Positions 38,439-48,974 of a stretch of DNA of 64,000 nt are shown piece after piece. The translations under genes and the position numbers were made by a program. Positions within the stretch are counted from its first letter, which is position 1. Every line of letters starts with the position of its first letter. The stretch covers positions 25,951 through 89,950 of the forward strand of contig DYJS01000001.1 of the NCBI GenBank assembly GCA_020723005.1, written 5' to 3'. The DNA comes from Candidatus Methylomirabilis sp. (GTDB lineage: Bacteria; Patescibacteriota; DYJS01). The notes beneath the pieces were generated by a model. It saw nothing but the letters and a program-made list of their open reading frames with translations, was not told where the DNA came from and ran no database searches.

Positions 38439-39401
38439 TTAAATTTTTCCAACCATTCCATGAAGTTTCGCAATTCTTTCTTCAACTGGTGGATGTGTTG
38501 AAAAAAGTTTTGAAATTTTACCATTTTTTAGTGGGTTGGAAAAATATAGATGTGCTGTAGCAGAATTTGCAACTTCAAGAGGTTCTGTATCTTTTGAAAT
38601 TTTTTCCAAAGCCCTTGCTAAAGCTTCTGGATTTTGACAAATTTGGGCTCCAACAGCATCTGCTAAAAATTCTCTTTTTCTTGAAATTGCAAATTGAATC
38701 AAAGTTGCAACGATTGGAGAAAGAATTGCTAAAATAAATCCAGCAAGGATTAAAATAATTTGAATTTGTCCATTTTCGTTATCTCGTTTTTTTCCACCAC
38801 GATTAAAATATGTGAATCGCAAAAAAAGATCAGAGAGCAAAGAAACGGTTCCAACAAGAACAGAAACCAATGTCATAAATAAGATATCACGATTTCCAAT
38901 ATGTCCAAGTTCATGAGAAATTACTGCTTCCAATTCGCTCCTTTCCAATTTTTGAATAAGTCCAGTTGTGATACAAATAACTCCATGATTTGCATCTCTT
39001 CCTGTTGCAAAAGCATTTGGTGCTGTGTCATCAATAATATAAAATTTTGGAATCGGCAAACCACTTGCTATACATAAATTTTCCAAAATTCTGTAAAGCT
39101 CTTTATTTAAATTCTTATCAATTTTTTTTGCTCCAGAAATTGCTAAAACAATTTTATCTGAAAAAAAATATGAAAAAAAAGCAGAAAAAGATGAAAAAAT
39201 TAGTGCAAAAATTATTGAGCCAATCCATTCTTCTCGTGGCAAACCAAGTGCTGTTCCAAAAATTGCACCAAGAAGTGTGATAAAAGCAATAAAAATAAAA
39301 ATTAAAAATACACTTTTTCTTTTGTTCCTATCTTGTTCGGTAAAAATATCCAAATAAAAATTTTTACAAAAAGAAACTATCAAAATTTTTAAAAATCTCA
39401 A
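38439..39401 (-). CDS. htpX: Zinc metalloprotease HtpX (peptidase M48)
   Basis: AVISHELGHIGNRD (HExxH), four TM segments, and a C-terminal ...LFSTHPPVEERI. Confidence 0.85.
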   Translation of the reverse strand: MRFLKILIVSFCKNFYLDIFTEQDRNKRKSVFLIFIFIAFITLLGAIFGTALGLPREEWIGSIIFALIFSSFSAFFSYFFSDKIVLAISGAKKIDKNLNKELYRILENLCIASGLPIPKFYIIDDTAPNAFATGRDANHGVICITTGLIQKLERSELEAVISHELGHIGNRDILFMTLVSVLVGTVSLLSDLFLRFTYFNRGGKKRDNENGQIQIILILAGFILAILSPIVATLIQFAISRKREFLADAVGAQICQNPEALARALEKISKDTEPLEVANSATAHLYFSNPLKNGKISKLFSTHPPVEERIAKLHGMVGKI

Positions 39402-39542
39402 AATTTATTTTCAAAAGATTAAAAATTTTTCAAATTAAATTTTTAAAAAGAATCTTATTATTAAAAAATAAACTTTTAAGAAAGTATTGATTTTTTAAAA
39501 AAATTAGATATATTTTTTTAATAAATAATTAATTTTTTAAAA

Positions 39543-39926
39543 ATGAATTTTATAAATGATATGATAAAAGTTTCGTCAGAAGAGATACAAAATGTTGTTG
39601 GTTGGTATGGTCAAAGAATTACTAGTGTTATTAAAAAATCTTCTAAAAAACCTCATCTTTCTCATATTTTTTCTGTTTTAAAAAGGGATATGAGTGAAAC
39701 ACTTTCTGAAAAAATTGCAAATCAAATAAAAAATAGTAAAAAAATTTTAACAAAGAAAGAGATACTTGATCTTGTAAATTTTCTATGCAAAGTAGCATCA
39801 GAAAAAGTTGCAGATACTATGGATTTTGCAGAAAAATCATTAAAAGAACGAAGTGTTTTTGCAGAAAAAGAGTATCTTTGGATGAAAAGCATGGTGATTG
39901 CAAATTTAAATTTGGAACTTGTATAG
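39543..39926 (+). CDS. Hypothetical protein
   Basis: 127-aa ORF with coding-like composition. No family recognised. Confidence 0.35.
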   Translation: MNFINDMIKVSSEEIQNVVGWYGQRITSVIKKSSKKPHLSHIFSVLKRDMSETLSEKIANQIKNSKKILTKKEILDLVNFLCKVASEKVADTMDFAEKSLKERSVFAEKEYLWMKSMVIANLNLELV

Positions 39927-40688
39927 TAAAATTTGAACTAAATTAGTAAAATGGACTAATGTTTAACATTGTAAGAAACGGAAGATTTATTGGCACATGA
40001 TACAGAGAGAAAGAATATTTATGACGAAAATGATATTTCGACAAATTTTGATTTATATTTTTTAATTTAGTTTAAGAAAAAACGATTTTCTAAATATACT
40101 TAATCAATAGACTTTAATTGATTTGTGTAGAAAAATAGAATAGCCAATTAAAAAAATTTATAAGAAACTTGAGAAGTCCTTACGAGAAATTTCAGAAAAT
40201 GAAGAGGATATGTTTCGTAGAATTTGTTAGTTCTCAAATAATAAAAGAAGAAAATTGCAAAAAGAAAATCTTATTTTTGTAAGAAATATAAATTTGATTC
40301 TAAGCACTTTTTCCTAAATTCATAGTTGGTTATTTTCTAAGTGTATTGAATCGTTTGAAAAATCGGTGTAGATTTAAAGAAGCGACAATATATTTTGCAG
40401 AACAAACTCAAATAACGATAGGACTGATTGAATTTTTATTCGAAGAAGAGAGAAATTTTGTGAGAAGAATTTTAGGATTTATAAAAAAATTTGATGAGTT
40501 TGAAAAAAGAATTTAGACAATGGACACAAATCAACAAAACAGGAAAAATGCAAGTTTAATTATCAAAATAGCTTTTAGTATCTTTGAAAAATGGAATAGG
40601 TGTGTTTGAAACTTTTCAATCAGGATAAATTTCAAATTTTTTGCTATTTTTTTAAAATTTTTTAGTTTCTTTTTGTTAAAAATTTTTC

Positions 40689-42029
40689 TTGTTAGATATA
40701 AATTTTATTCGAACCAATGCAGACGAAATTCGTAAAACTTGTCAGTTAAAAAAAATAAAACTTGATATTGATGAAATTTTAAAATTTGATGATCAGAGAC
40801 TTTTAGCTCTTTCTAAGGTTGAAGAACTTCGTGCAGAACGAAATAAAAATGCTGAGGAAATTAAAAAACTTGGTGGAAAACCTCCTGAAGATTTAATTAA
40901 GAAGGGTATTGATTTAAAGGAGAAAATTTTTGAAAGTGAAAAAATTTTAAAAGAGATTGAAGAAAAATTAAATAAATTATTAGTTCAGGTTCCAACAATT
41001 CAATCAGATGATACACCGATTGGAAAGGATGATTCTGAAAATAAAGTTGTTTTTCCAAATCCAGAGAAACTTTTTGAAATTGAAAGCAATAAAAGATTTT
41101 CTTTTAAACCAAAAACTCATATTGAGATTTCAAAAAATTTAGATTTGATTGATTTTGAAAGAGGTGCAAAAGTTGGTGGTTATCGTGGATATTTTTTGAA
41201 AGGGGATATGGTGATGCTTGCTATGGGAGTGATGCAATATGCTTTGCAAAAAATGATTAGTAAAGGTTTTTCTCCAATGATTCCTCCAACTTTAGTAAAA
41301 GAGTTTGTACTTTTTGGAAGTGGATATTTTAAATCAACATCTTTTGATCCAGAGGTTGATGAAATTTATAAAATCGAAAATTTTGAAGTTGAATCTAATG
41401 GAGAAAGGAATAAAGAGAGTAAATTTTTGGTTGGAACTGCTGAGCCATCACTACTTGCATATTTTGCAAATGAAGTTGTTGAATTTGAAAATGATGAACC
41501 AATAAAAGTTTGTGGATTTAGTCAATGTTACCGAAGCGAAATAGGAAGTTATGGAAAAGATACTAGCGGACTTTATCGTGTTCATGAATTTATGAAAGTT
41601 GAGCAGGTTGTTCTTTGTAGGGATGACAAAGATTTAGCAAAAAAATTGCAAGATGAAATGATTGGAATTTCTCGTGAAATGCATGAAGAGATCGGAATTC
41701 CGTATAGACAAGTAATAATTTGTACAGGAGATCTCTCTCCTGGAAAATATCGCCAATATGATTCTGAAACTTGGATTCCGGGAATGAATAGGTGGGCAGA
41801 AACTGGTTCTGCAAGTATTTTTTTGGATTGGCAATCTAGAAGGTTAAATGTAAAATTTAAAGATAAAGATGGAAGTAAAAAATTTGTGTATATGTTGAAT
41901 AATACAGCTCTTCCAACTCCAAGAATTTTAATCTCAATTTTGGAAAATTTTCAACAAGAAGATGGATCAGTTATTGTTCCAGAAGTGCTTAGAAAATTTG
42001 TTGGAAAGGATAGAATAGAAAAAAGATAA
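40689..42029 (+). CDS. serS: Serine--tRNA ligase
   Basis: N-terminal coiled coil, then class II motifs: TAEPSLLAYF, FSQCYRSEIGSYGKDTSGLYRVHEFMKVEQ and GSASIF. The start codon is TTG. Confidence 0.9.
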   Translation: MLDINFIRTNADEIRKTCQLKKIKLDIDEILKFDDQRLLALSKVEELRAERNKNAEEIKKLGGKPPEDLIKKGIDLKEKIFESEKILKEIEEKLNKLLVQVPTIQSDDTPIGKDDSENKVVFPNPEKLFEIESNKRFSFKPKTHIEISKNLDLIDFERGAKVGGYRGYFLKGDMVMLAMGVMQYALQKMISKGFSPMIPPTLVKEFVLFGSGYFKSTSFDPEVDEIYKIENFEVESNGERNKESKFLVGTAEPSLLAYFANEVVEFENDEPIKVCGFSQCYRSEIGSYGKDTSGLYRVHEFMKVEQVVLCRDDKDLAKKLQDEMIGISREMHEEIGIPYRQVIICTGDLSPGKYRQYDSETWIPGMNRWAETGSASIFLDWQSRRLNVKFKDKDGSKKFVYMLNNTALPTPRILISILENFQQEDGSVIVPEVLRKFVGKDRIEKR

Positions 42030-42106
42030 AAATTTAAAATTTTTTATTTTATTATTTTTCTTTAAAGCTTTTTCGTTAGTAGATAGATGAAAAGGTTTCT
42101 TGAAAA

Positions 42107-43549
42107 ATGAAAAAACGAAAATTTCATACAAATGTTTTTGTTAATTTGGTAGAAAATTTTGAAAAAAGAGTTCCTCTCTGTTCACATTTTTTGAAATGTG
42201 GTGGTTGCAGTTTTCAAGATTTTTTTTATCAAGATCAATTAAAAGCAAAAAAAGAGGAAACTATAAAGATTTTTGAAAATTTAACTTTCCAAAATTTTAG
42301 AGATTCAAATTTTTCATTTTTCAAAAACGAAGTTGAAAAAATTGAAATTTTTGGAAGTGAAAAAGAGTTTGATTATCGAACAAGAATGGATTTTGTGCTT
42401 TCTGAAAATGATTTTGGACTTCGTGCAAAAAGAAGTTTTGATAAAGTTGAAAATTTAAGTGAATGCCACATTTTTAGTTTTGATGCTTTTCAAGTTGTTA
42501 AAAAAATTTTTGAAAAATCAAAAGAATTAGAAATTTTGCCATATAATTTAAAAACTCATACTGGTTTTTTACGATACATATCTGTTCGGAAAAATGAAAA
42601 AAATGAATTAATGATAATTTTTGTTACAAAAAATGATAAAAATTTTGATGAAAAAATTGATGAATTGGCAAATTGGAGTTTGAAAAATTATGGGAATGAA
42701 ATTTTTCGACAAACCCAGAATGAGAATGAAGAAATTGTTCAGAACAAGAGAAAAGATCAAAACGAAAGCATAAAAGTTGTTTCTCTTTATCAAATTGAGA
42801 ATTCTGAACTTTCGGACACAAGTTTTGGAAAAATTAAAAAATTTTGGGGCAAGAAAAATTTAGAATTTAATTTGAAAATTCAAAATTCAAAAAGTGTCAT
42901 GGTGAGCAGTTCAGATTGTCATGGTGAGCCTGTTGAAGCACATCAACAAAGAAAACCCTTCAACAAGCTCAGGATGACATTTCCCAACGACAAGCTTGAA
43001 ATGGGGGATTTTGATGATGAAAAAATAAAATTTTTAATTGGTCCAAACACTTTTTTTCAGCAAAATATCTCTCTTTTTGAAAAATTACTTTCAAAAATTT
43101 TATCAGAAATTCCAAACGAAAGATCGATTTTAGATCTTTATTGCGGAGTTGGGACAATTTCGCTTCCTGTGTCAAAAATTTCAAAAAAAGTTGTTGGCGT
43201 TGAAAGTGTTTCTGAATCTATTGAAAGAGCAAAAGAAAATGCAAAATTTAATGAAGTTCAAAATGCTTTTTTTGTTTGTGATACAACAGATAATTTTTTG
43301 GAAAATTCAAATGAAAATTTTGATATTTTAATTCTTGATCCACCAAGAGTTGGTTTGGAAAAATCTGCAGAAAAAATTTTAAAGAGAGATTTTGAAAAGA
43401 TTGTTTATCTTTCTTGCAATCCAATCACTCAAGCAAAAGATCTGGAGATTTTATCTAGAAAATGGAATGTTGAAGAGATTACTTTTTGGGATCTATATCC
43501 ACAAACTCCACATTTAGAAAGCTTGGCAATTTTAAAAAAGAAAATATAA
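42107..43549 (+). CDS. 23S rRNA (uracil-C5)-methyltransferase, RlmD/RumA (TrmA family), with a lineage-specific insertion
   Basis: Fe-S cysteines CSHFLKCGGCSF, SAM motif LDLYCGVGTIS, ILILDPPRVGL and the catalytic VYLSCNP. Confidence 0.8.
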   Translation: MKKRKFHTNVFVNLVENFEKRVPLCSHFLKCGGCSFQDFFYQDQLKAKKEETIKIFENLTFQNFRDSNFSFFKNEVEKIEIFGSEKEFDYRTRMDFVLSENDFGLRAKRSFDKVENLSECHIFSFDAFQVVKKIFEKSKELEILPYNLKTHTGFLRYISVRKNEKNELMIIFVTKNDKNFDEKIDELANWSLKNYGNEIFRQTQNENEEIVQNKRKDQNESIKVVSLYQIENSELSDTSFGKIKKFWGKKNLEFNLKIQNSKSVMVSSSDCHGEPVEAHQQRKPFNKLRMTFPNDKLEMGDFDDEKIKFLIGPNTFFQQNISLFEKLLSKILSEIPNERSILDLYCGVGTISLPVSKISKKVVGVESVSESIERAKENAKFNEVQNAFFVCDTTDNFLENSNENFDILILDPPRVGLEKSAEKILKRDFEKIVYLSCNPITQAKDLEILSRKWNVEEITFWDLYPQTPHLESLAILKKKI

Positions 43550-43635
43550 AAAATCTATAAAATAAATTTTTCTAAAAAGGGAAAAAGAATCTTTAAAGTT
43601 TTTAGAACTTTTATATTTTTTAGATTTTTGTTTTT

Positions 43636-46600
43636 TTATATTAAGTTTTGTTCTTTGAAGTTTGAATCAAAATCTATTTGAACCTCTTTTTTCTCAATAA
43701 AAAGTTTTTTAGTTTCTAATTTTGGAACAAAATTTATATTTTCAGAAAGGGTTTCAGACATTATTAGATTTGAATATTCTTTGATTGCATCTTGCAACTC
43801 AAGATCTTTTGTTGTGTAAAGAAGTTTTATTCTTGATGAAACACTAAAATTCTTTATTTTTCTTTCTTGTTGAACAAGACGGATGAAATCTCTTGCAATT
43901 CCTTCATTTTTTAAATCTTTTGTGATCTTTGTGTCTAATTTTACAAAAAGATTTTTATTTGAATCTCCATAAACATTTTTTTCAAATTCAAGATCTGCTT
44001 CACTTCCAAACTCAATTGTAAATCTTGTATTTTTCTTGATCATATAATTGGTTTTTTCATTTTTTATATTTTCTCCAAGAAAAATTTTTTTATTTTGCCA
44101 ATCAATTTTAAACTCTCTGTTTTTAATCAGATCTTGAATAACAGGCATTGCTTTTCCATATTTTTCTCCCAAAATAGAAAAATTAAGTTTGATTTTTATA
44201 GAATCCATAAAAGAATCCATTGAATTAAGATCGTCAATAAATTCTATAGATTTTACATTTAATTCATTTTTTAAAATCTCTTCAGAAACAAAATTTTTTT
44301 GGTCACCAACAACAAAAGTTGCTTTTGCAAGTGGTTGTCTCAATTTTACTCCACTAGAAGCTCTTGCAGAAAGTCCAAAAGAAACAAGATCTCGGTTGAG
44401 AGAAATATTTGATTCTAAAAGTTGATTGAAAAATTTTTTTGGAACATCTGGCCAATCTTCAAGATGAACACTCTCTTTTCCGTCTTGATTTTTTATTGAT
44501 TGATAAATTTTCTCTGCTGTAAAAGGAATAAAAGGAGCTAGAATTTTTGAAAAACTAATTAAAACAAACCAAAGTGTGTCATATGCTTCCATCTTGTCTG
44601 AATCGTTTTCACTTTTCCAAAATCTTCTTCTGGAAAGACGAATATACCAGTTATTTAAATCGTCTAAAAATTTTGAAATCTCTTGAGTTGCTCTCCAAAT
44701 ATCGTAGTTATCTAAAAAAATTTTTGTTTTTTCTGTTAAAGAAAAAGTTCTAGAGAGAATCCATTTATCAAGTTCGTTTTTTGGTGTATCTTGAATTATT
44801 TTTGGTTCGTATTTATCAATTTCTGCATATGTTAGAAAAAAAGTTACAGAATTCCAAAGTGGAAGCAACATATTTTTTACCTGTTCTCGAACAAGGTTTA
44901 AACTTTGTCGCATTGGTTTTGTTACATCGCTACTAAAAATCAACCAACGAAGAGCATCGGCACCAATTTCATTCATTGCGATGTTTGGATCCAAAACATT
45001 TCCTAAACTCTTGCTTTGTTTTTGCCCTTTTTCGTCCAGTCCATGATTTGTGACAATAACATTTTTAAAGGACGATTCACCAAATAAAATTGTTGAAATT
45101 ACAATCAAAGTATAAAACCATCCTCTTGTTTGATCTAATGCTTCGCAAATATAGTCTGCTGGAAAATCTTGTGGCATCTGATTTTTTTCAGAAGAAAATG
45201 AAAGTGCTTCGGAGAGATTTATTTTTTGGTCTTCAAATGGATAAAAAGCTTTTTTAGAGAAAGGATAATGATTTTGTGCAAATGGCATAGCTCCAGAATC
45301 AAACCAACAATCAATCACATATGGAACACGAGTTAATTCACCTTTTCCCTTTTCTGATTTTAATTTTATTTCGTCAATGAAAGGCTTGTGAGGATCGAAA
45401 TTTTCACCAATTAATTCTGGATTTACTGCTTTTTCTTTCAATTCTGCAAAACTTCCGATGCAAATCGTCTCCTCTCCATCATCTGAAACCCAAATTGGAA
45501 GCGGTGTTCCCCAATATCTACTTCGTGATAAATTCCAATCCACCATTGTTTCAAGCCAATTTCCCATTCTTCCTTTTTTGTAATGTTCTGGAACCCAATT
45601 TATTTTCTCGTTTGCTTTTTGAATTTGAGTTTTTACTTTTGTTGTTGCAATAAACCATGCTTCAATCGGATAATAAATTAAAGGAGTTTTACATCTCCAA
45701 CAAAATGGATAAGAATGTTCATAGTCTTCTTTTTTGAAAAGTAGGTCTCGTTCTTTTAGGTCTTTAATAATTTCTTTATCAGCATCTTTTACAAACATTC
45801 CAGCAAATTTTCCAGTTTCGGAAACAAATTTTCCCTGCAAATCAACAAAATGAAACATTCCAAGATTTTTCTTTTTTCCAAGTTCAAAATCTTCTGCACC
45901 ATAAGCAACTGCTGTGTGAACAATTCCAGAACCATCCTCCATCGTGACGAAATCTGCATCAACAACTTCATGATAAATTTTTCCTTCTTCTTTTATTCCA
46001 AAATCAAAAAGTGGGTTATATTTTTTACCAACTAGCTCAGAGCCTTTTACAACTTTTAAAATTTTAAAATTATCTTTTCCAAAAACCTTTTCGACTAATT
46101 TCTCTGCTAAGATAAAAACTTTTTGTCCTGAAGAATTGTTGTGATCTTGAGTCTGTTGAATGACATAAACATAGTTTTCGTCTTTATTTACAGCAAGTGC
46201 TACATTTGATGGTAATGTCCAAGGTGTAGTCGTCCAAGCAATGAAAAATTCATTCAAACTTTTATTTTTTGATTCTTGATCTTTGTCGTTTTCCAGCACT
46301 TCAAACTCCACAAAAACACTAGGATCTTTTACATCTTTATATCCTTGAGCAAGTTCATGAGAAGAAAGAGTGGTTCCACATCTTGGACAATATGGCATAA
46401 CTTTGTAACCTTTATAAAGCAAATTTTTGTTCCAAATCTCTTTCAAAATCCACCATTCAGATTCAATATATTCCGAGTCCATCGTTTTATATGCATTTTT
46501 TGTATCGCTCCAATAACCCAATCTTTTTGAAAAAGTTTCCCAATGATCAACATAATCAAAAACTGATTTTTTACACAGTTCATTAAATTCAGCAATTCCA

Positions 46601-46929
46601 AATTTTTCAATATCTGCTTTTCCGGAAAAACCTTTTTTCTTTTCAATTTCAAGTTCAACTGGTAATCCTTGACAATCCCAACCATCACGATGATAAACAT
46701 GATATCCTGTCATTTGTTTGAAGCGAGGAATGATATCTTTCACAGATCTTGGCATTGCATGTCCCATATGTGGCATTCCATTTGCAGTTGGTGGTCCTTC
46801 ATAAAAAATAAAATTTTTCTTTCCTTCATTTTTTCGAACCCATTTTGTAAAAATTTTATTTTCTTTCCAAAATTCAAGTATTTCCTCTTCCATTTTTGGA
46901 AAAGATGGATTTTTTTCAAGTTGTTTCAA
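43636..46929 (-). CDS. ileS: Isoleucine--tRNA ligase
   Basis: 1097 aa. HIGH-type motif PTANGMPHMGHA, a KMSKS-type KQSKSLGNV, and a CP1 editing domain. Confidence 0.9.
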   Translation of the reverse strand: MKQLEKNPSFPKMEEEILEFWKENKIFTKWVRKNEGKKNFIFYEGPPTANGMPHMGHAMPRSVKDIIPRFKQMTGYHVYHRDGWDCQGLPVELEIEKKKGFSGKADIEKFGIAEFNELCKKSVFDYVDHWETFSKRLGYWSDTKNAYKTMDSEYIESEWWILKEIWNKNLLYKGYKVMPYCPRCGTTLSSHELAQGYKDVKDPSVFVEFEVLENDKDQESKNKSLNEFFIAWTTTPWTLPSNVALAVNKDENYVYVIQQTQDHNNSSGQKVFILAEKLVEKVFGKDNFKILKVVKGSELVGKKYNPLFDFGIKEEGKIYHEVVDADFVTMEDGSGIVHTAVAYGAEDFELGKKKNLGMFHFVDLQGKFVSETGKFAGMFVKDADKEIIKDLKERDLLFKKEDYEHSYPFCWRCKTPLIYYPIEAWFIATTKVKTQIQKANEKINWVPEHYKKGRMGNWLETMVDWNLSRSRYWGTPLPIWVSDDGEETICIGSFAELKEKAVNPELIGENFDPHKPFIDEIKLKSEKGKGELTRVPYVIDCWFDSGAMPFAQNHYPFSKKAFYPFEDQKINLSEALSFSSEKNQMPQDFPADYICEALDQTRGWFYTLIVISTILFGESSFKNVIVTNHGLDEKGQKQSKSLGNVLDPNIAMNEIGADALRWLIFSSDVTKPMRQSLNLVREQVKNMLLPLWNSVTFFLTYAEIDKYEPKIIQDTPKNELDKWILSRTFSLTEKTKIFLDNYDIWRATQEISKFLDDLNNWYIRLSRRRFWKSENDSDKMEAYDTLWFVLISFSKILAPFIPFTAEKIYQSIKNQDGKESVHLEDWPDVPKKFFNQLLESNISLNRDLVSFGLSARASSGVKLRQPLAKATFVVGDQKNFVSEEILKNELNVKSIEFIDDLNSMDSFMDSIKIKLNFSILGEKYGKAMPVIQDLIKNREFKIDWQNKKIFLGENIKNEKTNYMIKKNTRFTIEFGSEADLEFEKNVYGDSNKNLFVKLDTKITKDLKNEGIARDFIRLVQQERKIKNFSVSSRIKLLYTTKDLELQDAIKEYSNLIMSETLSENINFVPKLETKKLFIEKKEVQIDFDSNFKEQNLI

Positions 46930-47099
46930 AGGTTTTTAATTTTACAAAAAAATATCTAAAGAAAAGTAAAAAAAAGTAAAATTTTTTAAAATTCTACTTT
47001 TTTAAAATAGATAAATTTAAAATCTTTTTTTAAATGATAAAATTTTTAGAAAAAATTTTGAGAAATTTAAATTTTAATATGTAAAAATTTTTATGTAGT

Positions 47100-48290
47100 T
47101 TATGAAATCACTCCACCACCTAAACATTCATTATTATCATAAATTGCTACAAATTGTCCCTTTGCAACTCCAGAAATCTTTTTATCAGATCTTATTAAAA
47201 ATCTCTCTTTTTTGTTTTCCAAATTTAAATTTTCATTTTCGTTAGAAATTTTTAAAATTTTTCCACTTTCAAAAGTTGGTGTATGACGAATTTTAAAATG
47301 AATTTCCTTTTCAAAATTTTTTGTTTTTTGATTTTCAATTTTTATATTTTGATTGATCCAATTAAAATCTTCTATAAAAATTTCGGAAACATATCTTTCT
47401 TCTGGATCGTATCCGTTTGCAACAAAAATTTCATTTTCAATTTCATTTTTGGAAACTACAAACCATGGACCACCAGCAAGATTTAGTCCACTTCTTTGCC
47501 CGATTGTGTGAAACCAAAACCCATTGTGTTCTCCTAAAATTTTTCCACTTTCTTTTTCAATAATTTTTCCAGATTTTTTTCCAACATATCGCTCTAAAAA
47601 TTTTTTGTAGTTTATTTTTCCCAAAAAACAGATTCCTTGACTATCTGGACGATTTGCAGAGAGGAAATTTTGTGATTTTGCAATTTCTCTGACTTCTTTT
47701 TTTTCTAAATCTCCAAGTGGAAAAAAAGATTTTGAAATTTGATCAACAGAAAGTTGGCTCAAAAAATAGGTTTGGTCTTTGATTTTATCTTTTGCTGTCA
47801 TTAAATGATAGACATTTCTTTCTTTTGGGTTTTGAACTCTTTCTTCTATAAAAAATGTATCTTTTATAAATTTATTATGCATCATATCTGAATTTTGAAT
47901 TCTTCCTTTTAGCACTTTTGCATAATGTCCTGTAGAAATTTTATCAAAATTTTTTCCAAATTTTTCATAAAATGCACCAAATTTTACTAATTTATTACAC
48001 ATCATATCTGGGTTTGGAGTTCTTCCTTTTTTTACCTCAGAAATTGTATAATTAACCACCAAATTCCAATATTCTTTTTGTAGAGAAACGATTTCAAGAT
48101 TTAATCCAAGTTTTTTGCAAACATCTTCAGCAAATTCAATATCTTCTTTCCAAGGACACTCCCCAAAACCGAGGTTACCTTCCATCCAAATTTTTATGTA
48201 AAATGGTTGAACAGAAAAACCTTGTTCTTTTTCCAGAAAAAGAGCAACTGAACTATCCACCCCACCACTCAAAAGATGTGAAATTTGCAA
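47100..48290 (-). CDS. mnmA: tRNA-specific 2-thiouridylase MnmA
   Basis: PP-loop SGGVDSSVA, RTPNPDMMCNKLVKFGAF, GHYAKV and KDQTYFLSQL. It contains an internal imperfect tandem duplication (NPDMMCNK.../NSDMMHNK...). The start codon is TTG. Confidence 0.85.
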   Translation of the reverse strand: MQISHLLSGGVDSSVALFLEKEQGFSVQPFYIKIWMEGNLGFGECPWKEDIEFAEDVCKKLGLNLEIVSLQKEYWNLVVNYTISEVKKGRTPNPDMMCNKLVKFGAFYEKFGKNFDKISTGHYAKVLKGRIQNSDMMHNKFIKDTFFIEERVQNPKERNVYHLMTAKDKIKDQTYFLSQLSVDQISKSFFPLGDLEKKEVREIAKSQNFLSANRPDSQGICFLGKINYKKFLERYVGKKSGKIIEKESGKILGEHNGFWFHTIGQRSGLNLAGGPWFVVSKNEIENEIFVANGYDPEERYVSEIFIEDFNWINQNIKIENQKTKNFEKEIHFKIRHTPTFESGKILKISNENENLNLENKKERFLIRSDKKISGVAKGQFVAIYDNNECLGGGVIS

Positions 48291-48294
48291 AACC

Positions 48295-48320
48295 TTGACT
48301 TCTCTCTCTCTCTCTAAAAT
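48295..48320 (+). promoter_or_regulatory. Promoter-like element TTGACT-(TC)7-TAAAAT, copy A of the recurring motif, upstream of the ECF sigma operon
   Basis: AAAACCTTGACTTCTCTCTCTCTCTCTAAAATAAAATCTCAAGACAA. It lies 57 nt upstream of the ATG at 48377. Confidence 0.5.
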
Positions 48321-48376
48321 AAAATCTCAAGACAATCAAATTTTGTTTTGAAAAGTTTTATCATTAAAGAATTTTT

Positions 48377-48826
48377 ATGGATAATAATATTGATTTGGGA
48401 GGAGGAGAAAAAAGTGAATTTGCAATAAGAGGCAAAAGACCGCTTACACCTGCAGAGGAAAGATCTGTCAAAATGGGCTTAGATTTAGAAATCTTACAAA
48501 AATATAATTTTGCAGAAGGAACATCAGAACTAAAGTTAGCTGAGAAAGTTGTTAAGATTGTTAATAGAGAATTTGGGCACAGAGGATCGGAGTTAAATCA
48601 AAACAAGATAGAGATATTATTTCCAGATCTTCATTTGAGTATTAGATATTCTCAAGATTCACAATATTACTTTGAATTATACATATCTTCTGAATTAAAG
48701 AAATTAGGGATTGAAGTTCTTTCTTGTAATTTTGAAATAACTGAAGATGATAGGGGTAGAGACAGAATGTTTATTAAAAAAATTGTTGTAAGAAAATATG
48801 TATCTCCTATTCTGCTTCCATCATAA
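48377..48826 (+). CDS. Hypothetical protein, first gene of the ECF sigma operon
   Basis: 149 aa with no recognisable family. Its composition is less K/F-rich than its neighbours. Confidence 0.4.
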   Translation: MDNNIDLGGGEKSEFAIRGKRPLTPAEERSVKMGLDLEILQKYNFAEGTSELKLAEKVVKIVNREFGHRGSELNQNKIEILFPDLHLSIRYSQDSQYYFELYISSELKKLGIEVLSCNFEITEDDRGRDRMFIKKIVVRKYVSPILLPS

Positions 48827-48974
48827 TTTTAATGAAATAATTTTTTTAGATTTATTTTAATAATATTTATTATTAAATTGGTTGTTTTAAAATTTATTTT
48901 GAAACTTTTTTAAAATTTTGTTTGTATATATTTTTGAGAACTTTATTTTTTAGAAATCTTTTGTTAATTGTTTA

